DNA of 60,632 nucleotides from Candidatus Rifleibacteriota bacterium. GTDB lineage: Bacteria > Muiribacteriota > Ozemobacteria > Ozemobacterales > Ozemobacteraceae. The position numbers were made by a program, and so were the translations under genes. This document shows, one piece after another, positions 17,501 to 26,327 of the stretch. The notes under the pieces were generated by a model. The model had not been told where the DNA came from, did no database searches, and saw only the letters and a list, made by a program, of their open reading frames with translations. The stretch lies in the NCBI GenBank assembly GCA_051747585.1, contig JBNJGH010000001.1, positions 1 through 60,632 of the forward strand, read 5' to 3'. Every line of letters begins with the position of its first letter. Position 1 is the first letter of the stretch.

Positions 17501-20500
17501 ATACTTCCATTGCCGGAGGCTGGCGAGCTACAGAAGATTATATGCCCATAGAGGGCACAACAGATGATGAAGAGGTTCAGTTTACGGTTAAATTGACTGA
17601 CGTTAACGGTAATGAAACAGTTAAAACCTGCACAAATAAAGTAAGAATCGATAACCGACCTCCTAAATTACAGATTTATCCGATCTCTTTTGTTGTCGAT
17701 GAGGGCAGACTTAATGAAGCCAATCTCGATGATGTCATTCAGGTAAGGCTCAGAGTTTCCAATAACAATGACATTTTGCCTATGATAGATTTCACCAATC
17801 TATATCTGGATAATGGTTTGACTCCTCCGAGTCCGACATTGTTTCCACCGCCCACTCAGGGGGAATATGTCTATGAATGGACTGTTCCGGAAGGTCTTGG
17901 CACAGTCGGTTCATTAACCATACTTGCCTATGATGCTTCGGGTAACATGAAATATGGCTATACCAACGAGATTAGATTCCTTTCCAAAACCCCGACATTT
18001 GCTCCTTACCCACAAACCAGGGCGGACTTAAGTCTTGACGACAACCCGCCGGAGAGCGAAAACAACATTGCCAACCCGGCTAACTACAAGAATACAACAG
18101 CAGATGAAGTTACTCTCACTGTCGTTATGACCTCTCTTTATAATGCAGACAACGACCCTGCCGCTACAGTTCTGGCAGATATACGAAGTATAATTAAAAG
18201 CCCATCTGATGATTCGGACTCAAAATATAGTGATGGCGACATGAAAACATACTGGGTGCCGTTGACTTATCAGGCGGGCAGCAGTGGCGCGGGCAATTAC
18301 GTTTATCGTGACACTTTTACTGTTACTGCGGGTAAGGTTGATATTGTTGAAGCAGAGTTCGACGCAAAAGTTCTTCACCCTGATGTGAGTTCAATTGTTC
18401 TGGCTTCAACCACAATTAATTGTGATCCTGATGACCCGTTTGGTATAGATACAGAGTTGCCTGATCCACAATCCGTTAAATTTTCGATTCTGGATGAAAA
18501 TAACGATAATATTGCTTCTAACAGCGTCAATATTAATGACCTTTTGCGCATAAGTACAACAATCAAAAAATTCGAAGATCCGGGATCTGCCACAGCAGTG
18601 CTCCTTATGTCTGATGAAGTAACTGAAATTTATAAGGCTCCACTTTATCAAATTCCTGGAACCGAAACCTGGGAGGCTTTGTTTAGAGTCGCAACTCACA
18701 CTGACACAGGTTGGCCCGCTTTAGATGGCGTTTCTCCCAAATACAGAGTTATTGTGACTGACGATGCTCAAAATTACAGCAGAAGTGCCTTTGGGGTTGC
18801 TACTTTCACTATAGACAACACGCCACCAAAAATTATCGATTCAGAACTAAGAGTCGAAAATCGCAATCTGCAAAACTGGGTTGCTAACGTTGGTGATGGT
18901 TATAAGTCAAATACAGGTGACAGGGTATCTCCAGATGGAATCGTCGCTTCGATAACGGTTTCTAATGCTGCTGATCTGAGCGGTCAGGGTGTGGCTTATA
19001 TAAACTTTAATTCAATAGACGCAACTTCAACCTATGAACTAACAGAATTTCAGAATGCCGCAACTGTATATTGTAAGCCTTTAAATCTGGCAACCAATAC
19101 CTTTGATCTTGCGACCAGAACCTTCAGAATTTACGTCAGAGATGGCGCAGGTAATATGACCTGGAAAGAGAAAGAGCTGGCTATTGACACCACCAGACCT
19201 GAATTGCAGTCTGCGAGCTATGATGGCACATCGTTGAGATTAAACTTTTCAGAAAGAATCGATCCACTGTTTATGCAGAGCCAGCTTGAATTTGTCAGGC
19301 TTGGAAGCAAAATGGACCATAATGATGTTCAGGTTCCTGACGGGGCAACTCCTCTTGACCCGAAACAGGATAAAATTCTTGAAACTTCGTGGAATGATCG
19401 AATCAATATTCAGCTTTCTTCTGCTACCAAGGCAATAGTTGCCGATTGGGGTGATGAAAATCTCTACATTTCAATTGCCCATGATACAACTACTGGTGAG
19501 GCTACGCCGGGGCACGACTATCCGACTTATGCATCTGCTCCTTTGGGATTGGATGAAGCAGGAAACTGGCTCAAGCCATTACCAAGAACTCTGGCAACTT
19601 TCCCGGTAAATGTTCCGGTTACTTATACCGATCGGCCTCATCTGGTAACGGGTTCCTATAATGCCAATACTCCTTCAGAAAAAGATTTTCTCTATCTTGA
19701 ATTTGATAAGGACATGGACGAAACGTCTATTACCACTGACACATTGAGGAACCTCTCTATCTGGAAAAATCGTGGTAATCCGTCAGATACCTATGCCAAT
19801 CGTTACAGATTTATTACAACTGCTGCTTCAGATACTATTGTGGGGCTTGATACATCTAAAAGGCTTAAGATCAGGCTTTCTCAGGAAGCACAAGACTGGA
19901 TCGCCTTGAACTATGGCAAAAACGGTTCTGTATTCAATCTCCAGATTAATGGCAGCGAATACGAGCCACCCGATCCTTCAGACCCGGCTCCCTTAATAAG
20001 AGATTTTTATGGTAACAGAGTTGTGCCAATTAAATACAATAATGCGACTCCGGCTACCATGATTCCATTGCGAAGTCAGTTCTCGGTCAGGGAAGATTCT
20101 TTTGAACTTGATTTAACCGGATCGCAACCCATATTGAAAATGCAGTTTCAAACAGGGCCTGAACGTCGCGCAAGACTTTACAGGGATCCATATAAAAATC
20201 TGGCTGAAACTATCGAATTAAGTAGAGATCTACCTGTTGATCTTTCCAGAGTTTATTTGTATGCAAACTCTGATCTAACAGGTGGTTCTATGCCACTTAA
20301 TGAAAACATGGTTGACTTTAGCGAATTTAAAAACATAAACGTTGATTATGCATCAAATACGGTCACGATCCCATTGACCTCCGATGCTCTTAAAACAATG
20401 TTGGGTTGGGGAACAAGCAAGTTCTATATTGCCTGCTCGGAAAACGCATTTGTCGACCTTTGGGGTAATGGCAATATAAGAGCTCCGGTTCAAGGTGATG

Positions 20501-23500
20501 AAGCTGTTTCAGTAAATACTTTAATGCCGGGTACTATTGCTGCACCCAGAATACAGACTCTGGCTGTTTCGCCTGCTATTACCAAAACCTCTGAGTCAAT
20601 ACAGCTTTGTAAAGGTCAGCCTGCGGGTAATTTCTATTATGAAGTAGCTTTTGAAACGGCATCTCTTTCTGCTGATGTCTATATTCCAATTGATAGAACA
20701 AAAACTCCAAGTTTGAAGTTTTATACTCAGAACGATGCGACAACGCCTAAAGATACGGCAACATTTGTCTCCTGGCTCGATCATAATCAGGGCGGTGTTA
20801 CCAGAACCGTAGCAAGGTTTGTGAATAACAGCGATTTAACTTCATCGCAGAATATTCAACGCGAGCCCTGTTTTGTCGAAGTGAGTAACTTTGCTGATGT
20901 ATTCAGCGGTTCTACCACTTTTACCGAAACAGCATCCCTTTCATACAATCTTGACGACAAAGATTCCTCTTCTAATGGTTTTCAGAATGGCAGTCATACA
21001 ATAGTTCTAGACAATCAACTACCACAACCGCTATCTGTAATACCTACCGGAACCATTGGAATTACACCGGCAAACAGTGCGCAGTTCGATGTAACATTTA
21101 ATGAACCTATGGATCAGTCTGTTGGGACCTCCTGGTATCCAAAACTTAGACTGGGTGACAGTAGTACGACTGTTATGAGTTTTACTTTTGAGAACTGGGT
21201 TAATTCAACTACAGCAAGATTTACAAACTCATCGAACTTTGATGCAAATACCCCGCAGGGAACATATACTTATTATGTTTCGCGCGGATTTGATGAAGCC
21301 GGCAATAGGGGAAACAATGATGTGGCTATGTCCGACAAGTTGCAGATCAGGTCTAAGGGGCCAACTATCAGCTCTTATCGGGTTTCTACTTATCAGACAA
21401 CTACTGCAAAAAACTCTTCACCAACCGGCGATCTGGTAGATTATCCATTTAGTCCTTACGTAAGACCGGGGATTGCTACCATAACCGTGAATTTTCAGGC
21501 TGCTCCAAATGCGAGTGACCTATGGCTGCACTTCTATCAGGGGGAGGCTTCGCTTGCAAGTATTCCGATTACTCTTGATGGGCTTTCTGGAACGGCAAGC
21601 TGGGATGGCACCTTGAAGAACGGACCTATTGGTTCTACCGGACCTACCTCTTATGTGCTGAGAGTTTATGATGACGCGGCCAATGAGGGTAGTAAACGCG
21701 GTAGCATTGTTTATGATGGTCTTGCTCCAAAGGTGTCCAGTTGGAACTTTACCAATGTCAAAACATACAACGGGAAAGCTTATTTCAGCCCTTTGGTAAA
21801 TTCATTCGTAAAAATAGAAGTATTCGGCCCATCTTCAGGTGATACCCTGAGAATGCGTCTTACCAATCCGGGGCTTTCTACTGATACTTATCCGCTCACC
21901 GGTCTTTCCGGTGGTGGTTACACAACCAGCTTCGATGGCAATAATACCGACACTCCACAGGGAACGTTGCTCGATGGAGAATATCAGTTATGTGTCGTTG
22001 ACAGGGCGGGCAATCTTGGTCAACCTCTGGGAGCTTCAAGTCAGGCTACCGGCACGCTGGTCATTGATCGCACGGCACCGGTAATCAGCTCAATCAAGAC
22101 TTACAGAGTGGATAATGGTAATGCTGTGAGCAGGTTTAATCCCAGAGTTACCAATATGAGAATAGAGGTTAATACTACTGATCCGACTATAGGTTCAGGA
22201 ACTGCACTGATTAAGGTTATGGCAGGTTCTTCGCTGGTTAAAGAATTGATGCTCCAAGGTGGTGCAAGTCCATACTACGTGGAGTGGGATGGAACCGATA
22301 GTGAACTGCAGCCTGTGACCGATGGGACTTACAAGCTTTCGGTAGCTGATCTTGCCGGTAATGAATCAACTAACAGTACGGTTGATGTTACAGTTGTTAA
22401 CTCGATCTTTAAAGTAACTTCAGTTAAGCAAATCGATAAAAACAATATCAGGGTGACCTTCAGCCATGCAGTTAATGCAGATGATGGTGATAATCCCAAT
22501 TTGTATTCTTTGACTCCTGCTACGCCTGTCGGTATTGGTGCTGCCTCCCCGATCAGCGTAGAAGACAATGTGGTTGAAATACCGCTTAACCAGAACCTTA
22601 GTCACGATACTTTGTATACACTGACTGTAGACCCAGGTTTTAGAAGTATAGATGATGATCCGATCGTGGCAGGCAATAACTCTGCTCAGTTTACAGCAGA
22701 TGCCAAAGGTCCGATTATAAGCGCGATCACCTATGATGGGTTAAGTTCGCAAAAAGAATTCAACCTGGTTTTCGATGAGCAGGTTGAAGCAGAAAGTGCT
22801 CAGCAGATTGGCAATTATGATCTGACAACAGGCACTGATACAGTTGCGATCGATTCAATCAGTTTGCGTGCTGATCTAAAGTCGGTAACTATTACGGCTT
22901 TTGACGAGATTGTAGAAACTAAAAATTATACAATTGTTGCTTCAGGTGTGGAAGATTTGTTTGGTAACAAAAGTGATAGTGAGATTGCCAGAGTTACCTT
23001 CCAGGGACAGGATATTACACCACCTGAACTTACTATAACTGCATTCAGTAATCCCGCAAATGAGTTTGATATAAGCGTGGCGGTCAGCTCTAATGAAGAT
23101 CTCTCAGGCGCGCCAACAGCTACTATTACTCAGAGCGGTGGAACAGCGGTTTCGCTGGTTCTAAATTCAGGTCCTAATAATCGAATCTTTATTGGTGGCA
23201 CCCATCTGGATGTTAATTATCCGGGCGTTGCAACCATAGAGGTCACTGCCAGTGATATTTCACTAAATTCCGGCACAGCAGACATGAGTTTCTCTACAGC
23301 TTTTGTGAACTCGTCGCTCAGGGCATCGGTTAAATCACCGGATGAAAGATTTGAAGCGGTATTTGAGCCCGGAACTCTTAATCAGGATTCTATGGTAGCA
23401 GTTATGCCCGAGCACCTCGATAAAATCGAGGATAGTGAGAGCCAGGCTTCAATGATTGTTCCGTCTGCAATGGCTCAGTTGAACTTGAATCAGGTAAGAT

Positions 23501-24393
23501 CGATCAGAGCGAGCAGGGTTCAAAGCTACAGCGATAAAGAGCTTGAACCAATTGGCACTGCTTACAGTGTAGAACTTCCTGCGGGTCGCCTTGAGGGTAG
23601 TTTGAAAGCCAGTTATAAGCTCACAGAAGAACAAATGGGTGATGGAACCGGTTTGTATCGCTCCGATGTTACTAAAGGCTGGGTTCCAGTTAATCATAGC
23701 TTTAAAGATGGCAAAATCGAATTTGCCGCTAATGAGCCTGGCACATTTGCGATAATGAAAGATGTTATGGCACCCAGGGCAAGTGTTATTACCAAGGTTG
23801 ACGAACACAAGCCAATACGTGAGCCAAAACCATCGTTTATCTGGGCGATCGAAGAATTTGGCTCTGGACTTGATTTGCATGATGGTTATGCTTTGCTTAA
23901 TGGCAAAATCCAACCGATTATGTTTGATCCGCAGGGCAAATCAGCCAGGTTTGTTCCGACCGAAGACCTTATTGGCGGCGAATATGATCTTTCTCTCAGG
24001 CTTTCAGATAAAGCCGGTAATCAGGTAACTACCAAAGCGATTCGCTTCAAGTCATCACCTCCTCTTAATATTTATGAAGTAACTCAATTCCCGAATCCGG
24101 CCAACAGAAGGGTTAATTTGCGAATAAGCACAAACAGGCCTGATGTTGATGCAGGAGAAATTGAAGTGAAAATATACGATGTCTCAGGTCACAAAGTGGC
24201 TGATATGAACCAGCTTATCTTGAGGCCGGACAATAACGGAGCTTTACCTGTGCAGGATGTGATATGGGATTTGCGGGCTGCCGGCGGTAGAGAGGTTGCC
24301 AATGGTGTTTACTTCGCAAGAATTACTTTGCGAGATCCGGATAACTGGAACAAGAAAACCAGATATACTCACAAAATCGCAGTATTACGCTGA
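14572..24393 (+). CDS. Giant secreted surface protein 2, paralog of protein 1 (Ig-like repeats, DDG Ca-binding-like motif, FlgD-Ig, C-terminal T9SS-type-A/FlgD-like domain)
   Basis: 3273 aa with signal ...NGVWA|N and 'DDAGN' repeats. Contains 'LYDDGAHGDNLADDGIYG' and 'EWDGTDSELQPVTDGTY'. C-terminus 'QFPNPANR...IYDVSGHKV...WDLRAAGGREVANGVYFARI...KIAVLR'. GGAGG RBS. Confidence 0.9.
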   Translation: MAIKKADKMLRQKVYRSVLLLLMIFATVNGVWANITNQTAVISSDLNGDGIAGIGDTITFTCRSTTADQDQYPYVNLSQFGNPYFALPNIAGTFYSAFLTVSPGNIENNTTQTFQFVDEDGVRMGGSLLIDNRRPYSTYGPSATGGTGTSGYYKIGDTLQLDITMNSALDGDIPRANLTNIGLGASHIFSRVGGPDSEPVYQLALTFPNNREGVSTGIQVSATDDAGNSRSWDLAVNYDTIAPEIQSVTAVNMTTGKSWVTSGDTIRIQAVIDSYDYDKVVMYNDDLFPGGITMIKDSGAVGSEATFTYDYYLADVPDIQSNFVTFEVRAEDDVGNESSPRISNPLALDNIPPEFALPFGVKVIEKGGIKGDNIAIIGDQLHFYGNLSSIMDDVTVTVDLSSIGGVSNQIIPFNNSATTTFELWYDIHQYTSDDVSPRAFTIYAKDDAGNEISRITMPIVYVDNDPPVISAGQVTNASRAGQTVRHGDNIAIQANLTGIDGGSIWTDFTRIGGTASSTLTPYSGTTYRLEHTVGDPASGKPYDRNVPFTIYAADDAGNLVYTVSNSIGIDNEKPEIIGDAYTSSPAISGSHPYVRVDDRLTFKVQLASSSANVHDNEIVEIDLTEFGETVPVEMTYDGVGTYTLSVDVPSGDLNNDHYFGYRAEDDAGNAVSGVIKVKIDNKNPDVGPMAVNFMTDLNKSGVVNIGDRLEFIVPVPDQDYGTCTIDLSYVGGDSAYVMNYDPVLQRYYLVHDCEESAMENTSYVFKATVSDKAGNKMNSLSDTFEVDCRPPVIMSASATVQQLYGKSNVVNVGDKVTILAEVEKARVDGGTPRVNLSSLGGSSSQNLYDDGAHGDNLADDGIYGYVHTVASGTTNGEDIALTVELTDNAGNRDIASTNTMFVDNKPLIITKCENNQVFDNNGNTIVDLDGTYTTYPSVATDVVRIEVDIQGDDGDMGTLTVDLSKLGINDTAREVPYTSIAGGWRATEDYMPIEGTTDDEEVQFTVKLTDVNGNETVKTCTNKVRIDNRPPKLQIYPISFVVDEGRLNEANLDDVIQVRLRVSNNNDILPMIDFTNLYLDNGLTPPSPTLFPPPTQGEYVYEWTVPEGLGTVGSLTILAYDASGNMKYGYTNEIRFLSKTPTFAPYPQTRADLSLDDNPPESENNIANPANYKNTTADEVTLTVVMTSLYNADNDPAATVLADIRSIIKSPSDDSDSKYSDGDMKTYWVPLTYQAGSSGAGNYVYRDTFTVTAGKVDIVEAEFDAKVLHPDVSSIVLASTTINCDPDDPFGIDTELPDPQSVKFSILDENNDNIASNSVNINDLLRISTTIKKFEDPGSATAVLLMSDEVTEIYKAPLYQIPGTETWEALFRVATHTDTGWPALDGVSPKYRVIVTDDAQNYSRSAFGVATFTIDNTPPKIIDSELRVENRNLQNWVANVGDGYKSNTGDRVSPDGIVASITVSNAADLSGQGVAYINFNSIDATSTYELTEFQNAATVYCKPLNLATNTFDLATRTFRIYVRDGAGNMTWKEKELAIDTTRPELQSASYDGTSLRLNFSERIDPLFMQSQLEFVRLGSKMDHNDVQVPDGATPLDPKQDKILETSWNDRINIQLSSATKAIVADWGDENLYISIAHDTTTGEATPGHDYPTYASAPLGLDEAGNWLKPLPRTLATFPVNVPVTYTDRPHLVTGSYNANTPSEKDFLYLEFDKDMDETSITTDTLRNLSIWKNRGNPSDTYANRYRFITTAASDTIVGLDTSKRLKIRLSQEAQDWIALNYGKNGSVFNLQINGSEYEPPDPSDPAPLIRDFYGNRVVPIKYNNATPATMIPLRSQFSVREDSFELDLTGSQPILKMQFQTGPERRARLYRDPYKNLAETIELSRDLPVDLSRVYLYANSDLTGGSMPLNENMVDFSEFKNINVDYASNTVTIPLTSDALKTMLGWGTSKFYIACSENAFVDLWGNGNIRAPVQGDEAVSVNTLMPGTIAAPRIQTLAVSPAITKTSESIQLCKGQPAGNFYYEVAFETASLSADVYIPIDRTKTPSLKFYTQNDATTPKDTATFVSWLDHNQGGVTRTVARFVNNSDLTSSQNIQREPCFVEVSNFADVFSGSTTFTETASLSYNLDDKDSSSNGFQNGSHTIVLDNQLPQPLSVIPTGTIGITPANSAQFDVTFNEPMDQSVGTSWYPKLRLGDSSTTVMSFTFENWVNSTTARFTNSSNFDANTPQGTYTYYVSRGFDEAGNRGNNDVAMSDKLQIRSKGPTISSYRVSTYQTTTAKNSSPTGDLVDYPFSPYVRPGIATITVNFQAAPNASDLWLHFYQGEASLASIPITLDGLSGTASWDGTLKNGPIGSTGPTSYVLRVYDDAANEGSKRGSIVYDGLAPKVSSWNFTNVKTYNGKAYFSPLVNSFVKIEVFGPSSGDTLRMRLTNPGLSTDTYPLTGLSGGGYTTSFDGNNTDTPQGTLLDGEYQLCVVDRAGNLGQPLGASSQATGTLVIDRTAPVISSIKTYRVDNGNAVSRFNPRVTNMRIEVNTTDPTIGSGTALIKVMAGSSLVKELMLQGGASPYYVEWDGTDSELQPVTDGTYKLSVADLAGNESTNSTVDVTVVNSIFKVTSVKQIDKNNIRVTFSHAVNADDGDNPNLYSLTPATPVGIGAASPISVEDNVVEIPLNQNLSHDTLYTLTVDPGFRSIDDDPIVAGNNSAQFTADAKGPIISAITYDGLSSQKEFNLVFDEQVEAESAQQIGNYDLTTGTDTVAIDSISLRADLKSVTITAFDEIVETKNYTIVASGVEDLFGNKSDSEIARVTFQGQDITPPELTITAFSNPANEFDISVAVSSNEDLSGAPTATITQSGGTAVSLVLNSGPNNRIFIGGTHLDVNYPGVATIEVTASDISLNSGTADMSFSTAFVNSSLRASVKSPDERFEAVFEPGTLNQDSMVAVMPEHLDKIEDSESQASMIVPSAMAQLNLNQVRSIRASRVQSYSDKELEPIGTAYSVELPAGRLEGSLKASYKLTEEQMGDGTGLYRSDVTKGWVPVNHSFKDGKIEFAANEPGTFAIMKDVMAPRASVITKVDEHKPIREPKPSFIWAIEEFGSGLDLHDGYALLNGKIQPIMFDPQGKSARFVPTEDLIGGEYDLSLRLSDKAGNQVTTKAIRFKSSPPLNIYEVTQFPNPANRRVNLRISTNRPDVDAGEIEVKIYDVSGHKVADMNQLILRPDNNGALPVQDVIWDLRAAGGREVANGVYFARITLRDPDNWNKKTRYTHKIAVLR

Positions 24394-24419
24394 TATAGCT
24401 CATGATTGGAGATGGCAAA

Positions 24420-25112
24420 ATGAACAAAAAAATACTGGTGCTGTTTACCATTGGAATAATTATTATGATAGCCAGCGGCTGCGGTAGCGGCGGCGGCAGT
24501 GGGCGATATACCATTCCGCCTGAAATACCCTCTCCGGGTACCGGCGGGACGGGCGACACCGGTGGTGGAGACTCCGGAGAAACCGACCCGGATTCTTTGA
24601 TTGCATCGGCCTGGGAAGATTTTAGATATGGTGCCTACAGTAGTGCCATCAATAAGTTTAACCAGGTGCTGACCTTGAGCAATATTTCTGAAGAACAGAA
24701 AGTTGCAGCATATAACGGTCTTGGTTGGTCATTAACCAAATCTTCAGGAGTAGAATCCGGTTATTCTTCTTTTACTCAGGCGGCTTCGGCGAATAATGAA
24801 GCACGAGTGGGGCTCTCAGCAGCTTTGATTCAGCGCGGTCAGCTTGCAGGCTTCAAGCAGGCGATTCAATTGCTTGAAGAAGTGGGTTTGCAGAATACCG
24901 CTTTTGTTTTTCAGTCAACTCATCCGATTGGAATTAGCAATGCTGAGGCTCATGCAATGCTGGCTTTCTGTTACTTCTGGCGAAATGAGCTGGGAGATCA
25001 TGATAAAGCACGGGCGCAGATAAATGTTGCAAGAGCTGAAGACAGTTCAAATGACAGTTCAGTCGCTCAGATATACAACTCTTTGAAAGACCTTGGCTTG
25101 TCAGGCATTTGA
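24420..25112 (+). CDS. TPR lipoprotein 2 with Gly-rich linker (paralog of 13441-14184)
   Basis: Start reassigned from 24402 to ATG 24420 because GGAGA lies 7 nt upstream. Lipobox IASG|C. Motifs AYNGLGW, AEAHAMLAFCYFWR and SSVAQIYNSLK..GLSGI match lipoprotein 1. Confidence 0.85.
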   Translation: MNKKILVLFTIGIIIMIASGCGSGGGSGRYTIPPEIPSPGTGGTGDTGGGDSGETDPDSLIASAWEDFRYGAYSSAINKFNQVLTLSNISEEQKVAAYNGLGWSLTKSSGVESGYSSFTQAASANNEARVGLSAALIQRGQLAGFKQAIQLLEEVGLQNTAFVFQSTHPIGISNAEAHAMLAFCYFWRNELGDHDKARAQINVARAEDSSNDSSVAQIYNSLKDLGLSGI

Positions 25113-25159
25113 GCCTTGTAAAGTCTTAGTCATGCTTTGATTGAAAGAAGCAAAAACAA

Positions 25160-25205
25160 TTAAATTTATAAAAATCGTTTATAAATTTAACAAAATTGCC
25201 GAATA
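25160..25205 (+). promoter_or_regulatory. 13-bp perfect inverted repeat plus sigma28-like -10 upstream of the PorV-like gene
   Basis: TTAAATTTATAAA-AATCG-TTTATAAATTTAA (25160-25190), then GCCGAATA (25198-25205). The -35 is ambiguous. Confidence 0.4.
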
Positions 25206-25245
25206 GATAGATAACCAGTTCTATCGACTTGTAAGGGGAAACAAT

Positions 25246-26211
25246 ATGAAAAAAGTTTTTAAAACTCTCTTCCTCATCGCTCTCAGCGTAGGAACAATGG
25301 GCGCTGCATTCGCAGACTCGGCGGGCCAGGCAGGGGCGTATCTAAAAATGGGTGTTGGTGCCCGAGCACTTGGTATGGGCAGTGCCTTCACTGCAGTAGC
25401 AGACGATTCAACCGCTGCTTTCTGGAACCCGGCCGGTCTGGCAAGACTTAAAAGAGCCGAAGGCTCGTTTATGCATGCCGATCTGACCATGGACCGGGAA
25501 TACAACTTCTTCAACTATGCTCATCCGCTCAAAGACAGTGATGGTAATGATCAGGGCGTGGTTGCTCTCTCACACATCAGATTCGGTGTTGACGGCATTC
25601 CCGAAACCAGAATGGCTAGCAACGACCCCACCGGCACTCTTCCGGCAACAAATGCTGACGGAACTTACACAGCAGGAAAACCGGTTTATATTTTCAGCTA
25701 CTTTGACGATACCGAGCAGAACACTTTCGGTTCTTATGCCCGCAAACTATCTGACCGATGGTATGGCGGTGTTAACGTTAAATATTTAAGCCAGGATTTG
25801 TTTACCAATTCAGCCGATACTTTTGGCTTCGATCTGGGTTTCCTGTATGAAGCTACCGAAAAAACATCAGTTGGTCTTTCAGTAAGAGACTTATGGGAAA
25901 CTCTCGAGTGGGATACCGCGTCTGGACAGTCAGACAAGGTGCCAACCACTACTTCGATCGGTATTGCTCATAGACCTAATGACAGACTGACTCTGGCTGC
26001 AGATATCAATAAAGTTGAAAATCTGGAAGCCGAATTGTTTATCGGGGCAGAGTGGTGGTTGCAGGACTACGCAGCTTTGAGACTTGGCAGCCATGATAGC
26101 GATTTGACTCTTGGTGCCAGTTTCAAACTGGATACCTGGCGCTTTGATTATTCTTACGCCGATGAAACTTTAGGAGATGCTCATAGAATTTCAGCGGCTA
26201 AGCAGTTCTAA
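25246..26211 (+). CDS. PorV/PorQ-family (UPF0164, FadL-like) outer-membrane beta-barrel protein
   Basis: Signal peptide (AAFA|D). Hallmark N-terminus 'AYLKMGVGARALGMGSAFTAVADDSTAAFWNPAGLA'. Amphipathic strands and C-terminal 'FDYSY...HRISAAKQF' ending in Phe. Confidence 0.85.
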   Translation: MKKVFKTLFLIALSVGTMGAAFADSAGQAGAYLKMGVGARALGMGSAFTAVADDSTAAFWNPAGLARLKRAEGSFMHADLTMDREYNFFNYAHPLKDSDGNDQGVVALSHIRFGVDGIPETRMASNDPTGTLPATNADGTYTAGKPVYIFSYFDDTEQNTFGSYARKLSDRWYGGVNVKYLSQDLFTNSADTFGFDLGFLYEATEKTSVGLSVRDLWETLEWDTASGQSDKVPTTTSIGIAHRPNDRLTLAADINKVENLEAELFIGAEWWLQDYAALRLGSHDSDLTLGASFKLDTWRFDYSYADETLGDAHRISAAKQF

Positions 26212-26327
26212 CAAAAGGAAAATGTATATCCCCTTTTTAATACCCTCCTCTTTCTCTTGCATCTAAGAGAAAGATGAGGTAATTTTAGGAGAGAATCTGG
26301 CAGAAGAATACTGGGAGGAAAACTCAG

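Noticed and set aside
1570..24393. Giants as RTX/T1SS, autotransporter, CdiA or DGR-target proteins
   Set aside because: I saw no GGxGxD nonapeptide runs, C-terminal barrel, TPS domain, reverse transcriptase or near-identical TR/VR repeat.
2146..24559. Numerous 60-154 aa alternative-frame ORFs inside the giant genes
   Set aside because: They are shadow ORFs of long coding sequences with no motifs.
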